Shown here piece after piece: positions 47,260 through 56,849 of a DNA stretch of 64,000 bases. Each line of letters opens with the position of its first letter. Positions within the stretch are counted from its first letter, which is position 1. The notes under the pieces are model-generated. The model saw nothing but the letters and a program-made list of their open reading frames with translations, was not told the origin of the DNA and ran no database searches. A program made the translations under genes and the position numbers. The DNA comes from Patescibacteria group bacterium (GTDB taxonomy: Bacteria > Patescibacteriota > UBA1384 > XYA2-FULL-43-10 > 1-14-0-10-43-13), in assembly GCA_041649155.1 (NCBI GenBank), contig JBAZNP010000001.1, positions 67,581 through 131,580 on the forward strand. Direction: 5' to 3'.

Positions 47260-47904
47260 TTAAATTAGTTTCGGTTTTTTAATGACTTGGATGACTTTAC
47301 CGCAGATAGAATAGTTTTCCATCTCATCAATTCCAATAAATATTGGTGGAAAGTTTTTTGTTGACTCTGGCATTAAGACGATCTGTTCGTTTTCTCTGTC
47401 TTCGAAATACTTTTTTATATTTGCCATGCCATCAATTATGGAAACAATGTAGTCCCCATTACGAGGTTGCTGATACTCCGAATCAACGACAACATAGTCG
47501 CCATTTTCGATGTTTTTATCGCCGTTAACCTTAGCCTTGTTCATCGAATCGCCGGATGCTTCAAGGATAAAAATATTCCTGGTTTTGGTTAACAACTTTT
47601 TTGATACCTTAAGGTACCCTTCGACATAATTGTCTGCAAAATGAGTAGCGAATCCGCAATCTGCTGCGCCATATATTGGCAGAGACAATAAACCCTCGGA
47701 ACTTTCGGAGAGTTTTTTAACTACATCAATCTTTTTAGAATCAGGATTATATTTAACAAGACCTCTTTTTTCCAGCTGATCAAGGTGATGTTTTACATTT
47801 TGTGGGTGGTTAATCCCTGCCAGAATACCAAGCTGTCTCAGGGTAACATCCCCAATTTTATTGTCAGTTAAAAGTTCTAACAGTTTTTTTTGTGTTGAAT
47901 GCAT
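47260..47904 (-). CDS. LexA-like repressor (wHTH plus S24 peptidase)
   Basis: N-terminal winged helix (…RQLGILAGINHPQNVKHHLDQLEKRGLV…). C-terminal S24 fold with an ASGDSM nucleophile motif and a downstream Lys. Confidence 0.75.
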   Translation of the reverse strand: MHSTQKKLLELLTDNKIGDVTLRQLGILAGINHPQNVKHHLDQLEKRGLVKYNPDSKKIDVVKKLSESSEGLLSLPIYGAADCGFATHFADNYVEGYLKVSKKLLTKTRNIFILEASGDSMNKAKVNGDKNIENGDYVVVDSEYQQPRNGDYIVSIIDGMANIKKYFEDRENEQIVLMPESTKNFPPIFIGIDEMENYSICGKVIQVIKKPKLI

Positions 47905-48098
47905 TAATTCTCCTTATGGTTCAATTATAGCAAACTAAACATTATCTGTAAAGTTATGTTATCTATTGACAGACTATTAGTTTTTAAAATAAACTGAAAA
48001 TTAAGAGGTCGCTGAGTTAGCATTTTTACATCTAACTTGGAGGTGGACAGCGTTTGGTCGGTCCTCAGATTATCAGTAATTCAAAGGAGAATTGAAAG

Positions 48099-48383
48099 AT
48101 GTTATCCAATGGATTTTCAGCTGAGATTGTAGAAAAAGTTTGGCAAAAAGGTTTAATTGTCTTGGGACAAAACTCCAACCTTATGCGCAAAGATGCTTGT
48201 GGCGCTTTCATAAAGAGAAATCTTTATGGGGTAAGGGATGGGCAATCTGGCAATGGTTGGGAAATAGACCACATTGACCCGAACGGTTCCGACGATCTCA
48301 GTAACCTTAGGCCGTTACAATGGTACAACAACGTTACCAAAAGTGATGGTGTGTTAAAATGCGCAGTGAGAGCTAGTGCTTAG
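48099..48383 (+). CDS. HNH endonuclease (small)
   Basis: …EIDHIDPNGSDDLSNLRPLQWYNN… is the HNH motif. 94 aa. Confidence 0.7.
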   Translation: MLSNGFSAEIVEKVWQKGLIVLGQNSNLMRKDACGAFIKRNLYGVRDGQSGNGWEIDHIDPNGSDDLSNLRPLQWYNNVTKSDGVLKCAVRASA

Positions 48384-48390
48384 CGCAACC

Positions 48391-48425
48391 AAAAAGCAGG
48401 TGGGTAATTTGCCTGCTTTTTGAAT
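48391..48425 (+). terminator. Intrinsic terminator (aaaaagcagg-tgggtaatt-tgcctgcttttt)
   Basis: Perfect stem plus T-tract. Confidence 0.65.
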
Positions 48426-48860
48426 TCAAATATTAATAATTACAAACCAAAAAACAAAAGATAAACCGGCAACAAAACTTAGCCAAAAAAGCCAAAAAAA
48501 GAACACATAAAATATGGTTTGTGCTTTACCCGGCTTCTTTTCTTCTATGAATTTTGTTGCCGTCATATATTCATGAGGTGATTTCTCGTAGTCCAATAGA
48601 AAATTTTGTTTATTCAGATCAATAATCGAAATTTCACTTAGCAAATACCTCATTACTATATTGCTAAGAGTGCATACCAATAGTGCAATCCATGCAGATT
48701 TTAGTAGATTTACCTCTACTGGAGTTTCAAAGTAATTCAAAAGAGATAGGCTTGATACTAGGGCGCCAGCAGAGATTGTTAATATTGCGTTAAACAAGGC
48801 ATCCCTATTCGTCATGACCATTCGCCTTGATAAATTGAGTTCTTTATACCTCTCGTCCAT
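48426..48860 (-). CDS. hypothetical membrane protein
   Basis: 144 aa, 4 TM segments. Confidence 0.45.
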   Translation of the reverse strand: MDERYKELNLSRRMVMTNRDALFNAILTISAGALVSSLSLLNYFETPVEVNLLKSAWIALLVCTLSNIVMRYLLSEISIIDLNKQNFLLDYEKSPHEYMTATKFIEEKKPGKAQTIFYVFFFWLFWLSFVAGLSFVFWFVIINI

Positions 48861-48863
48861 AGG

Positions 48864-49142
48864 TTAAACAATCTTGTTAATCTCTTTCATAATTCTGTCT
48901 GTTTCAGCAAGAGCAATGATTATCTTTTGGTAATGCTCAATATCTTCGGAATTTAATGTTCTATTTTTGCGGTCTTTAAGCCACTTTTGAGCTGGTTGAT
49001 AGCCACCAATATAAGAATTCCATGCAGCTTCTGGAACATTGCCAAAATATTGACTACCATTTATGTAGACTCTGACGGCGCTAAACTCAATTTTCTTAAT
49101 TCCCTTGATCATTTTTGCAAAACATGAAAGAAAAAATCTCAT
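48864..49142 (-). pseudogene. C-terminal remnant of a Type IIG/Type ISP restriction-modification enzyme
   Basis: …VPEAAWNSYIGGYQPAQKWLKDRKNRTLNSEDIEHYQKII… matches the conserved extreme C-terminus of Type ISP/IIG enzymes. About 90 codons remain, with no catalytic domains. Confidence 0.55.
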
Positions 49143-49175
49143 TTTTCATCTTTATTGCTTTGATTTCCCTGTCAC

Positions 49176-49976
49176 TTAGATTATTACCTTTGCTTCTTCA
49201 TAAAGCATCGGCAAACAATTTTGCCTTAATCTGAATTTGGTACCGTGGTTATGGCCAGATCTGGCATCAAAATCCACAAGAACACAAGAATCTTCTATCG
49301 CCTTCAGGAAACCCTCAAAATTAAACTTCCTTAGCATCATAACTTTTGAATATTTATAGAACTCCCTTTTTCTTTCTGTCTTGACCTCAGCTTGAACATA
49401 AAAACAGTTAAGCAACTTGGTTCCAGCTTTATGTTTAAGATCATCAAAACCCCAGTAAGGTTGTGGGTCTAGTTCCTTGAACCCTATTTTTTCTTTAACA
49501 GAATCTAGCCATGCCCTATGTTTATCGTCGACTTTAGATGAATCAAAAGATACTAAAATCTTTTGTTCTTTGCGATCCACCTTAACCATGAACCCCCTAT
49601 CGGTCGGAGCATTACCGTTTATTGTCTGCCTAAAACTCATCTCTTCCAGCGAATATTTTCCACCCGCTTCTTGATGGTTCCATCCGTACTTAGGTAACAA
49701 CATTTGTGCGACAAAACCTACTGCCCTTGGCGATGGTTCCATGTGAAATAGAGTGGTTAGGGAACAGGTATTTAAACGCTGAGTTTTTAACTCCCACTCT
49801 GCAGCATTTGGAATTGGCAAATTATTTTCCTTGATACCGAGTAAATCTTCGAGAGTATTTCCTATGCCCCCACTATTTCCATGCCTTCCGTTTTTCACCC
49901 ACCCCATCTCAGAGATTTCTTTTAATCGCTTTATCAATGATTCCTTGGTATACAGTACTGGATCACTATTTTTCAT
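49176..49976 (-). CDS. MvaI/BcnI-family Type II restriction endonuclease
   Basis: GNTLEDLLGIKENN…AEWELK…TLFH..P block and the C-terminal …SGHNHG…LY pattern, as in R.BcnI/R.MvaI. Placed directly downstream of an m4C methylase. Confidence 0.6.
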   Translation of the reverse strand: MKNSDPVLYTKESLIKRLKEISEMGWVKNGRHGNSGGIGNTLEDLLGIKENNLPIPNAAEWELKTQRLNTCSLTTLFHMEPSPRAVGFVAQMLLPKYGWNHQEAGGKYSLEEMSFRQTINGNAPTDRGFMVKVDRKEQKILVSFDSSKVDDKHRAWLDSVKEKIGFKELDPQPYWGFDDLKHKAGTKLLNCFYVQAEVKTERKREFYKYSKVMMLRKFNFEGFLKAIEDSCVLVDFDARSGHNHGTKFRLRQNCLPMLYEEAKVII

Positions 49977-49982
49977 AATTCC

Positions 49983-50732
49983 TCATATATTTAATGTTGC
50001 TTGAGCAGTATGTCTTTTAATTCTTTTTTTAGACATTTCGCAATATTCAGGAGAAATATCAATGCCGATATAATCTCTTTTAGAATTAATTGCTGAAATG
50101 GCAGTTGTGCCAGAGCCCATAAAGGGATCCAGAATGACTTTGGCACTTGTTGATGAAACGATACGGTCGATTAATTTAACTGGAAAAGGCGCAGGATGGC
50201 CATTTCTCATTTCTTGAGTAAACTCCCATATATCGCCATAAGCATTTACCTTTGGGGCTAGCTTGAATTTGGGTTTAGCAATTAGATAAATTACTTCATA
50301 GGTAGGCAAGAAATAGCCAGCATTAAAATTTAGTCCGCCTTTTCTTCTCCAAATAATAATTTGTCTAACAGGAAAACCAACAACAATATCTTGCCTGTCT
50401 TGCAATAATCCTGCCTGAACTCGCCACTTATGGTTATAAAAAATGGCTCCAGTGTCGGGAATGATTCGTAACATTTCCGTTAAACAATCTCTTTGCCATT
50501 TCACATACTCCTCATGCGGCATACAATCATCATGATTTGTGTAACCATTTTGAAGTGCAGCATTGGCCCACTTACCACCTCGTCCATCTTTCATTCCATT
50601 ACCAGTGGAATTTTTTAGATTATATGGCGGAGAAGTCACAATTAAATCAACAGCTCCATCAGGAATCTGCTTCATTATTTCAACCGCATCACCACAAACA
50701 ATTTTGTTTAAAAAGTCTTCTGGATAGTTCAT
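49983..50732 (-). CDS. DNA N4-cytosine methyltransferase (beta-class, SPPY)
   Basis: DLIVTSPPYNL (motif IV) precedes FMGSGTT (motif I). Confidence 0.8.
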   Translation of the reverse strand: MNYPEDFLNKIVCGDAVEIMKQIPDGAVDLIVTSPPYNLKNSTGNGMKDGRGGKWANAALQNGYTNHDDCMPHEEYVKWQRDCLTEMLRIIPDTGAIFYNHKWRVQAGLLQDRQDIVVGFPVRQIIIWRRKGGLNFNAGYFLPTYEVIYLIAKPKFKLAPKVNAYGDIWEFTQEMRNGHPAPFPVKLIDRIVSSTSAKVILDPFMGSGTTAISAINSKRDYIGIDISPEYCEMSKKRIKRHTAQATLNI

Positions 50733-50796
50733 TGCTTTAAAAATTAATATCTACAATAAAATACTATCACCTTACGCTTGGATGGTAAACCATCAC

Positions 50797-51921
50797 TCAG
50801 GCCATCAACATCGCATCGCCATAGGAGAAGAAGCGGTATTTTTGCTCAATTGCTTCTTCGTACGCTTTTTTAATATTTTTACTGCCGGCGAATGCTGAAA
50901 CCAGCATAAGCAAAGTTGATTTGGGTAAATGAAAGTTAGTGATTACACCGTCGATACATTTAAATTTGTAGCCCGGATAGATGAAAATGTTGGTCCAACC
51001 GGAGAAGTTGAGAGTGGAAAGTGGAGAGTGGAGAGAGCTAAAAACAGTCTCCAGAACACGGGTGGAAGTGGTACCGACGGCGATGATTCTGCGGCCTTCT
51101 TTTTTGGCTTTAATAATTTTATCTGATTCTTCCTTTTTAACCGTATAATATTCCGAATGAATTTTATGATCCTCTATATTGCCTGCTTCAACTGGTGCAA
51201 AAGTGCCAAGACCAACGTGCAAAGTAACCTCGACAATTTCTATGCCCTTGGCTTTTATTTGATTTAATAATTCTTTGGTAAAATGAAGCCCGGCAGTTGG
51301 AGCAGCGGCACTACCGACTGGCTTAGCGTAAACTGTTTGATAATCTGTTTTGTCTTTTTCCGTATCATTTTTTCTTATATATGGCGGAAGCGGAGTGTGT
51401 CCGATTTTTTCAATTTCTTTAAAAAATTCTTCCCCGATGAGATTAAATTGAATTTTTGAAATTTTATTTTCGTTGCTAAGAACTTTTGCTTCTAGACACG
51501 AATCTTCAAAATTAATTTTCGTGCCTGGTTTTAAGTTTTTGCCAATAACTTCCCAAATGGAAGATTTACCATCTTGGATCCCCGCCTTCGCGGGGATGAC
51601 AGAATGAGAAGTGGGAATGACAAAGTGGGGGGCAGATATAACAGAATGAGAAACTTCTGAAATATTTTTGTTTAACAATATCTCTACCTTCCCGCCCGTG
51701 TCTTTTCTAAATCCGAATAATCTTGCCGGAAATACTTTTGAATTATTGACTACCAGCACGTCTCCACTTTTTAGGAAATCTATAATTTCATAAAAAGTAT
51801 GATGATTGACCGCACCGTTTTTCTTATCTAAAACTAAAAGCCGCGAATGATCTCGTGGCTTTGATGGCGATTTCGCAATCAGTTCCAGCGGCAAGTTGTA
51901 ATTAAAATCCGACAATTTCAT
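50797..51921 (-). CDS. queA: S-adenosylmethionine:tRNA ribosyltransferase-isomerase QueA, carrying an in-frame ~28-aa repeat-element insertion
   Basis: MKLSDFNYNLPLELIA… canonical start. The internal …SHSVISAPHFVIPTSHSVIPAKAGIQDGK… is encoded by copies of the TGTCATYCC hairpin element (51584-51670). Confidence 0.85.
   Translation of the reverse strand: MKLSDFNYNLPLELIAKSPSKPRDHSRLLVLDKKNGAVNHHTFYEIIDFLKSGDVLVVNNSKVFPARLFGFRKDTGGKVEILLNKNISEVSHSVISAPHFVIPTSHSVIPAKAGIQDGKSSIWEVIGKNLKPGTKINFEDSCLEAKVLSNENKISKIQFNLIGEEFFKEIEKIGHTPLPPYIRKNDTEKDKTDYQTVYAKPVGSAAAPTAGLHFTKELLNQIKAKGIEIVEVTLHVGLGTFAPVEAGNIEDHKIHSEYYTVKKEESDKIIKAKKEGRRIIAVGTTSTRVLETVFSSLHSPLSTLNFSGWTNIFIYPGYKFKCIDGVITNFHLPKSTLLMLVSAFAGSKNIKKAYEEAIEQKYRFFSYGDAMLMA
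51584..51670. repeat. TGTCATYCC-family repeat copies (hairpin atccccgc-gaag-gcggggat plus two TCTCATTCTGT units) inserted in-frame within queA
   Basis: Read directly. It shares the GGRATGACA core with the elements at 32-145, 24974-25015 and 55354-55455. Confidence 0.5.
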
Positions 51922-52686
51922 TTAAATATCAATCTGTCTACCCTCTTCTAGTGTTCCTTCTTCAATACCTTTTTGATTCTGACCATCCAATGTTTTCTTA
52001 ACTTCATCTTCGCCAGCTCTGTCTTCATATTTTTTCACAATATCGGTTTTTACCTCTTCTGGTTTTTTCTGATCTTTCTCTTCTCCAATATTCTCCTCTA
52101 AAGAGTACCCCTTTATTTCTAATTGTTCATTATTTCTTGACTCTAATTCTTTGTTTTTGGTCTTGTTCCTGCCGACACTGGATTCATGCAGATCCATAAT
52201 CTTCTTTGAAACTGAATAAGGATGTGGCACTGAATCGAATATAAAGTTTTCCGTTTCTCCGGCTGTCTGGATAATGACTTGACCATAATGAAGCGTTGTC
52301 GGAAAAAAACCGTCAACCTTAGCTTTAACATCCTGAACTTCCCGCAGATAAAGCTCTGAAATTTGACGATGAAAAAAGCCATTCTGCTCAATATCCACCA
52401 CTCTTCTGTCAGTAACGATGTAGATATCCAGATAGTAATCAACTATGCCATAAAGAAAAAGCGCCAGAGAAATGAGACCGTAAATACTTTCTCCTAAAAT
52501 AATGATATTACCAGTAACAGAAGAAATATTTTGACCATACGCCCAATAAATAAGCACTCCTATAGCAGGAAGCGCTAAAATAAAAGCAAGAAACCAAAAT
52601 ATAGCATAGGTAAACCAATGCTTTCTGATTAACAGGAAGACCTTTTCTGATTCTTCTTGTGCCGGAAATAGTTTTTTATGTGCCAT
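51922..52686 (-). CDS. Membrane-flanked bacterial PH-domain protein (bPH_2/YdbT-like)
   Basis: Two TM helices, then …YIVTDRRVVDIEQNGFF…YGQVIIQTAG…. Confidence 0.6.
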   Translation of the reverse strand: MAHKKLFPAQEESEKVFLLIRKHWFTYAIFWFLAFILALPAIGVLIYWAYGQNISSVTGNIIILGESIYGLISLALFLYGIVDYYLDIYIVTDRRVVDIEQNGFFHRQISELYLREVQDVKAKVDGFFPTTLHYGQVIIQTAGETENFIFDSVPHPYSVSKKIMDLHESSVGRNKTKNKELESRNNEQLEIKGYSLEENIGEEKDQKKPEEVKTDIVKKYEDRAGEDEVKKTLDGQNQKGIEEGTLEEGRQIDI

Positions 52687-52694
52687 TTTAATAC

Positions 52695-52904
52695 CTAAAA
52701 ATTAGTTGCCATAGACCAGTCTCTGGTAACAATTGAAATTAATGAGATAACTATTATCAGAATGGACAGAAAAGAATAGATAAATATTATGGGTTTGGTC
52801 AGATCTCCTGCATAGCCGAACCTCCATAAATGATAGATTCCAGCTGCACTATACGCTACAAATCCCAACAAAAAAACAAAATATAATATCAATAAATATG
52901 TCAT
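52695..52904 (-). CDS. hypothetical small membrane protein
   Basis: 69 aa, 2 TM segments. Confidence 0.4.
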   Translation of the reverse strand: MTYLLILYFVFLLGFVAYSAAGIYHLWRFGYAGDLTKPIIFIYSFLSILIIVISLISIVTRDWSMATNF

Positions 52905-53073
52905 AATTAATCACCTAATTAATTTAGATAAGCACCGATCTCTTAAATCCAAAATCCTAATTTCAAATTTCAAATAAAATGTCCAATTATTAAATTTCTA
53001 AATTTTGTTATTTGGATTTTATATTTTTGTTTGTCATTAGACATTTAGATTTAGAAATTATGGAATAACTTTG

Positions 53074-53658
53074 TTATTCCAGTCTTCCTTCTTCCAGAGA
53101 ATCATCGCACCCGCAATATTTCGGTATGGACAGATCATGAGTTCTGGCAAAATTTCTGCCAGTCCAATAACCCTTTCTAAAATCTTTATAAAATAAATTT
53201 AATTTATTTGCAACACCTAATTCCAATGACATATTCCATATCTCATCATGATCTTTATAAGGGGAACAAAGCATTGAAGTAGTGAAATACTTCAAATGAA
53301 GTTGCTTGGTCTTTTTTACAATACTATTAATTAATAAAGCAATACATAATTGACATCTTTTTCTTCGATATCTTTTTTTGTCCGAAATAAATTTAATCGA
53401 ATTTTTATCCTGATATGGTAATAGCGGTGAAAAAAATTCCTGAATATCATATGGTGGAACGATCAACTTAATTTCTTTCCCGTCACATAACTTTTTAACA
53501 TCTGCAAGGCGCTTTTCGTATTCTGCCTTTCCATGAACTTCCGGATTGTAATAATATGCAACTATTTCAAAATTTTCCTTTTCCAACTCAGAGAAAACAT
53601 AACTAGCACAAGCAGCGCAACATACATGTACCAGAATTTTTCTTTTATGTGTAGTCAT
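53074..53658 (-). CDS. queH: Epoxyqueuosine reductase QueH (DUF208)
   Basis: ILVHVCCAACAS Cys motif near the N-terminus, plus the downstream Cys cluster of QueH. About 190 aa. Confidence 0.7.
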   Translation of the reverse strand: MTTHKRKILVHVCCAACASYVFSELEKENFEIVAYYYNPEVHGKAEYEKRLADVKKLCDGKEIKLIVPPYDIQEFFSPLLPYQDKNSIKFISDKKRYRRKRCQLCIALLINSIVKKTKQLHLKYFTTSMLCSPYKDHDEIWNMSLELGVANKLNLFYKDFRKGYWTGRNFARTHDLSIPKYCGCDDSLEEGRLE

Positions 53659-53664
53659 TTTTCC

Positions 53665-54702
53665 TCAAATGAGCTTTTTGGCTATGCCTTCTTTTTTAAT
53701 ACCTAAATGTATATAAGCTGACTCGTTTGCAATACGACCTTTTGGCGTTCGATCAATAAAACCAAGCTGAATTAGGTATGGTTCTATTACATCCTCAATT
53801 GTATCTTTATCCTCTGCAGTGGCAGCAGAAATTGTCTCAAGACCAACTGGACCGCCATTAAACTTCTCGATGACGGTTTTCAGATAGTCCCTATCATTAC
53901 GATCAAGTCCGATTTCATCAACATCTAGTCTTTTTAATGCTTCGTCAGCGATTTTTTTATCAACCTTACCATTATGCTTTACTTCTGCATAATCCCTAAC
54001 CCTTTTTAAGATACGGTTCGCAATTCTTGGTGTACGTCTTGATCGCTTGGCGATCTCCTGTATGCCAAGCTTATCGATCTCGACATTAAGAATTTGTGAA
54101 GATCTTCTAATAATATCCGAAAGTTCTTTTTCGGAATAAAATTCCAACCGGTGGATTGCCCCGAAACGGTCCCTCAGCGGCGAAGACAAGGCGCCGATTT
54201 TTGTAGTCGCCCCGATTAAGGAAAATTTTGGCAAATCAATTCTCATCGTTTTTGCCGAAGGACCTTTCCCTAATATTAAATCAATGGCAAAGTCTTCCAT
54301 CGCAGGATAAAGAACTTCTTCGACGTTGCGATTAAGACGATGTATCTCATCAATAAAAAGCACGTCACCTTCTGACAAGTTTGTTAAGATTGAAGCCAAA
54401 TCGCCAGCTCTCTCAATAGCCGGGCCAGAGGTAACCCTAATATTAACACCTAGTTCATTGGCGATAATGTTTGAAAGTGTTGTCTTGCCTAGGCCTGGAG
54501 GACCATATAGCATTAGGTGTTCAATCGGCTCGCCACGCTTTTTGGCAGCCTGAATGTAAATCATTAGATTATCTTTAATCTGAGTCTGTCCAATATAGTC
54601 ATCAAATCTTTTCGGTCGCAAAGTAAATTCAAACTCTTCTTCTTCAAGAATAGAATCTGCAGTCAAATCAGTCTCTAGATTTTCTATTTCGTTTTCATCC
54701 AT
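53665..54702 (-). CDS. ruvB: Holliday junction branch-migration helicase RuvB
   Basis: [10 protein letters not shown] Walker A, DEIHRL Walker B, full-length RuvB pattern. Confidence 0.95.
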   Translation of the reverse strand: MDENEIENLETDLTADSILEEEEFEFTLRPKRFDDYIGQTQIKDNLMIYIQAAKKRGEPIEHLMLYGPPGLGKTTLSNIIANELGVNIRVTSGPAIERAGDLASILTNLSEGDVLFIDEIHRLNRNVEEVLYPAMEDFAIDLILGKGPSAKTMRIDLPKFSLIGATTKIGALSSPLRDRFGAIHRLEFYSEKELSDIIRRSSQILNVEIDKLGIQEIAKRSRRTPRIANRILKRVRDYAEVKHNGKVDKKIADEALKRLDVDEIGLDRNDRDYLKTVIEKFNGGPVGLETISAATAEDKDTIEDVIEPYLIQLGFIDRTPKGRIANESAYIHLGIKKEGIAKKLI

Positions 54703-54771
54703 ACAAGAAAATTAGCCTTATTGTTAAAAGCACTTGTATTATAGATCAAATACAACCAATGAGCAATATTG

Positions 54772-55338
54772 TCACTTTCTAATATTTTTGATCAACCACC
54801 GAACTTTGTCTTCAGTTGTTAAACATTCTGCCGGAATTTTAGGGAAAAGTCTGGCCACTTCAGTATTTTTGTATCCGAGCGATTGCAGCGCATCAAACAC
54901 TTCGCCACTCTGATCCATGTGTCCAATTATTCCAGCACCATCTATACCGGCAATTTTCCCTCTTAAATCCAGTATTATTTTAGCTGCTACTTTTTTGCCA
55001 ATGCCAGAAATTGATTGGAAGAAAGTTAAATCTTCATTTAAAATCGCCTTAGCTATTCTGTCTGTGTCAGTTGATGACATAATTAACATGCCAACCTTAG
55101 GACCGACACCGTTAACAGAAATCAGTTGTTCAAAAAGACCCAACTCTTCGTAAGAGCTGAATCCATACAAATCGTCAGAGTCTTCTCTAATATGCTCATG
55201 AATAAAATAATTGGCAGAAACACCTTCTTTTATCTCGTCCTTAATGGCAATGTTAATTTTATATCCCACACCATTAACATCAAGAATGACCATTCCGTTT
55301 TTGTGAAATAAAATTTTTCCTGATAGGTGGGCGATCAT
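54772..55338 (-). CDS. ruvA: Holliday junction DNA-binding protein RuvA
   Basis: MIAHLSGKI… start and HhH motifs (GVGPK, GIGKK). Confidence 0.9.
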   Translation of the reverse strand: MIAHLSGKILFHKNGMVILDVNGVGYKINIAIKDEIKEGVSANYFIHEHIREDSDDLYGFSSYEELGLFEQLISVNGVGPKVGMLIMSSTDTDRIAKAILNEDLTFFQSISGIGKKVAAKIILDLRGKIAGIDGAGIIGHMDQSGEVFDALQSLGYKNTEVARLFPKIPAECLTTEDKVRWLIKNIRK

Positions 55339-55353
55339 AAAATACCTTTGTCA

Positions 55354-55455
55354 TTCCGGACTGTAGCTTGAGATCCGGAATCTATATAAATAGTTAATTA
55401 TAAATAATTAATTTCTGGATCCCAGACCTGCCTGCCTACCGGCAGGCAGGTCTGG
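55354..55455. repeat. MITE-like element with TGTCATTCC / GGGATGACG inverted termini and a 16-bp perfect internal palindrome (cccagacctgcctgcc-taccgg-ggcaggcaggtctggg)
   Basis: Read directly. It is the sibling of the element at 32-145 and lies intergenic between ruvA and the mutase gene. Confidence 0.5.
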
Positions 55456-55463
55456 GATGACGA

Positions 55464-56831
55464 TCATTTATTGCTTTCAATAAATTCGACCACTTCCGCT
55501 TTTTTTTGTTCCAAGAGTTCTGCTGATTTTGCTTCTAAATTTAATCTCAAAAGTGGCTCGGTGTTTGAACTTCGCAGATTAAAACGCCAGTCTGAATATT
55601 CGCAAGAAACTCCGTCGAGATGACTAATTTCACTGTCAACATATTTTTCTTCCGCTTTAGCCATTATCTCCTTAGCCTTTTCTGTAGTAAAATTAATTTC
55701 ACCGGTAATAAAATATTTGCTCTGGACATCACTTAATAGTTCCGATAAAGATTTATCCTCTTTTGATAATATTTCCAAAATCTGTAAAAGTGGAATCATG
55801 CCTGAATCTGCAAACCAAAAGTCGCGATAGTATGTATGACCGCTGGATTCACCGGAGAAAACTGCGTTTTCTTGTCTCATTAAAGTTTTGATAAAAGAAT
55901 GTCCAACTCGTCCGATAATTGATGAGCCGCCAGCATTTTTGGCAGCATCAATTAGTGCCCAAGTATATCTGGGATCGTATACAATTTTTGATGAAGGATT
56001 TTTCAGAAGCATATACTTGATTAGTAGTGTATTGGCAAAATACGAGTCTACAAATCTTCCATCTTCCGTAAAGAAAAACACACGATCTGCATCAGCATCC
56101 CATGCGACTCCTAAATCCGGTTTTTCTTTTTTGATTAATTCTATGGTTTCGATTCTGTTTTCAGGGACAAAAGGGTCTGGTCTACCTTTAGGAAAGTTGC
56201 CATCAGGCTCAGCGTTTAGCGGAACCAATGTTAAGGGTAGTTTCCCAATTTCAATCACTTTTTTGAGAACTTCTCCTTCAAAACCAAAATTAGCGTTATA
56301 AACTAACGATAACGGTTTTATCTTAGTTGCATCGATCCAAGTTAACACATAGTTGCAAAAATCATCTAAAACGTCTTTTTTGGTTACTGTTCCTTTTTTA
56401 TCTGATGAGATTTTTTCGCCAGTTGCGACAAAATCTCTGATTTCCTGTAAACCGGACTCGCTGGAAATTGGTTCCGCTCCTTCTTTTACCATTTTTGCGC
56501 CATGCCACTCAGCTGGATTATGGGAAGCTGTAACTTGAATACCTCCACCATAACCATAATTACCGGTAGCAAAATAGATCATTTCCGTTGAGATCAGACC
56601 GATGTCAACGACATCGACCCCAGCATCGATCAAGCCTTGGACCATGGCATCTTTTAGCTCTTCGGAATGCAATCGAACATCATAACCAATCACAACTGGT
56701 TTAGTCGGATTGCTCACCGAGACATAACCCTGCCCTATTGCATAAGCAATATCTTTGTCGATTTGATCAGGATAAATTCCCCTTATGTCATAAGCTTTAA
56801 AAATTGTTGGATCAAAATTTTCTCTGGACAT
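55464..56831 (-). CDS. Phosphoglucomutase/phosphomannomutase (alpha-D-phosphohexomutase)
   Basis: Active-site TASHNP, metal-binding DADADR, and sugar-binding GESSGH loops. Confidence 0.85.
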   Translation of the reverse strand: MSRENFDPTIFKAYDIRGIYPDQIDKDIAYAIGQGYVSVSNPTKPVVIGYDVRLHSEELKDAMVQGLIDAGVDVVDIGLISTEMIYFATGNYGYGGGIQVTASHNPAEWHGAKMVKEGAEPISSESGLQEIRDFVATGEKISSDKKGTVTKKDVLDDFCNYVLTWIDATKIKPLSLVYNANFGFEGEVLKKVIEIGKLPLTLVPLNAEPDGNFPKGRPDPFVPENRIETIELIKKEKPDLGVAWDADADRVFFFTEDGRFVDSYFANTLLIKYMLLKNPSSKIVYDPRYTWALIDAAKNAGGSSIIGRVGHSFIKTLMRQENAVFSGESSGHTYYRDFWFADSGMIPLLQILEILSKEDKSLSELLSDVQSKYFITGEINFTTEKAKEIMAKAEEKYVDSEISHLDGVSCEYSDWRFNLRSSNTEPLLRLNLEAKSAELLEQKKAEVVEFIESNK

Positions 56832-56849
56832 TTCACTCTCCGTAATTAT

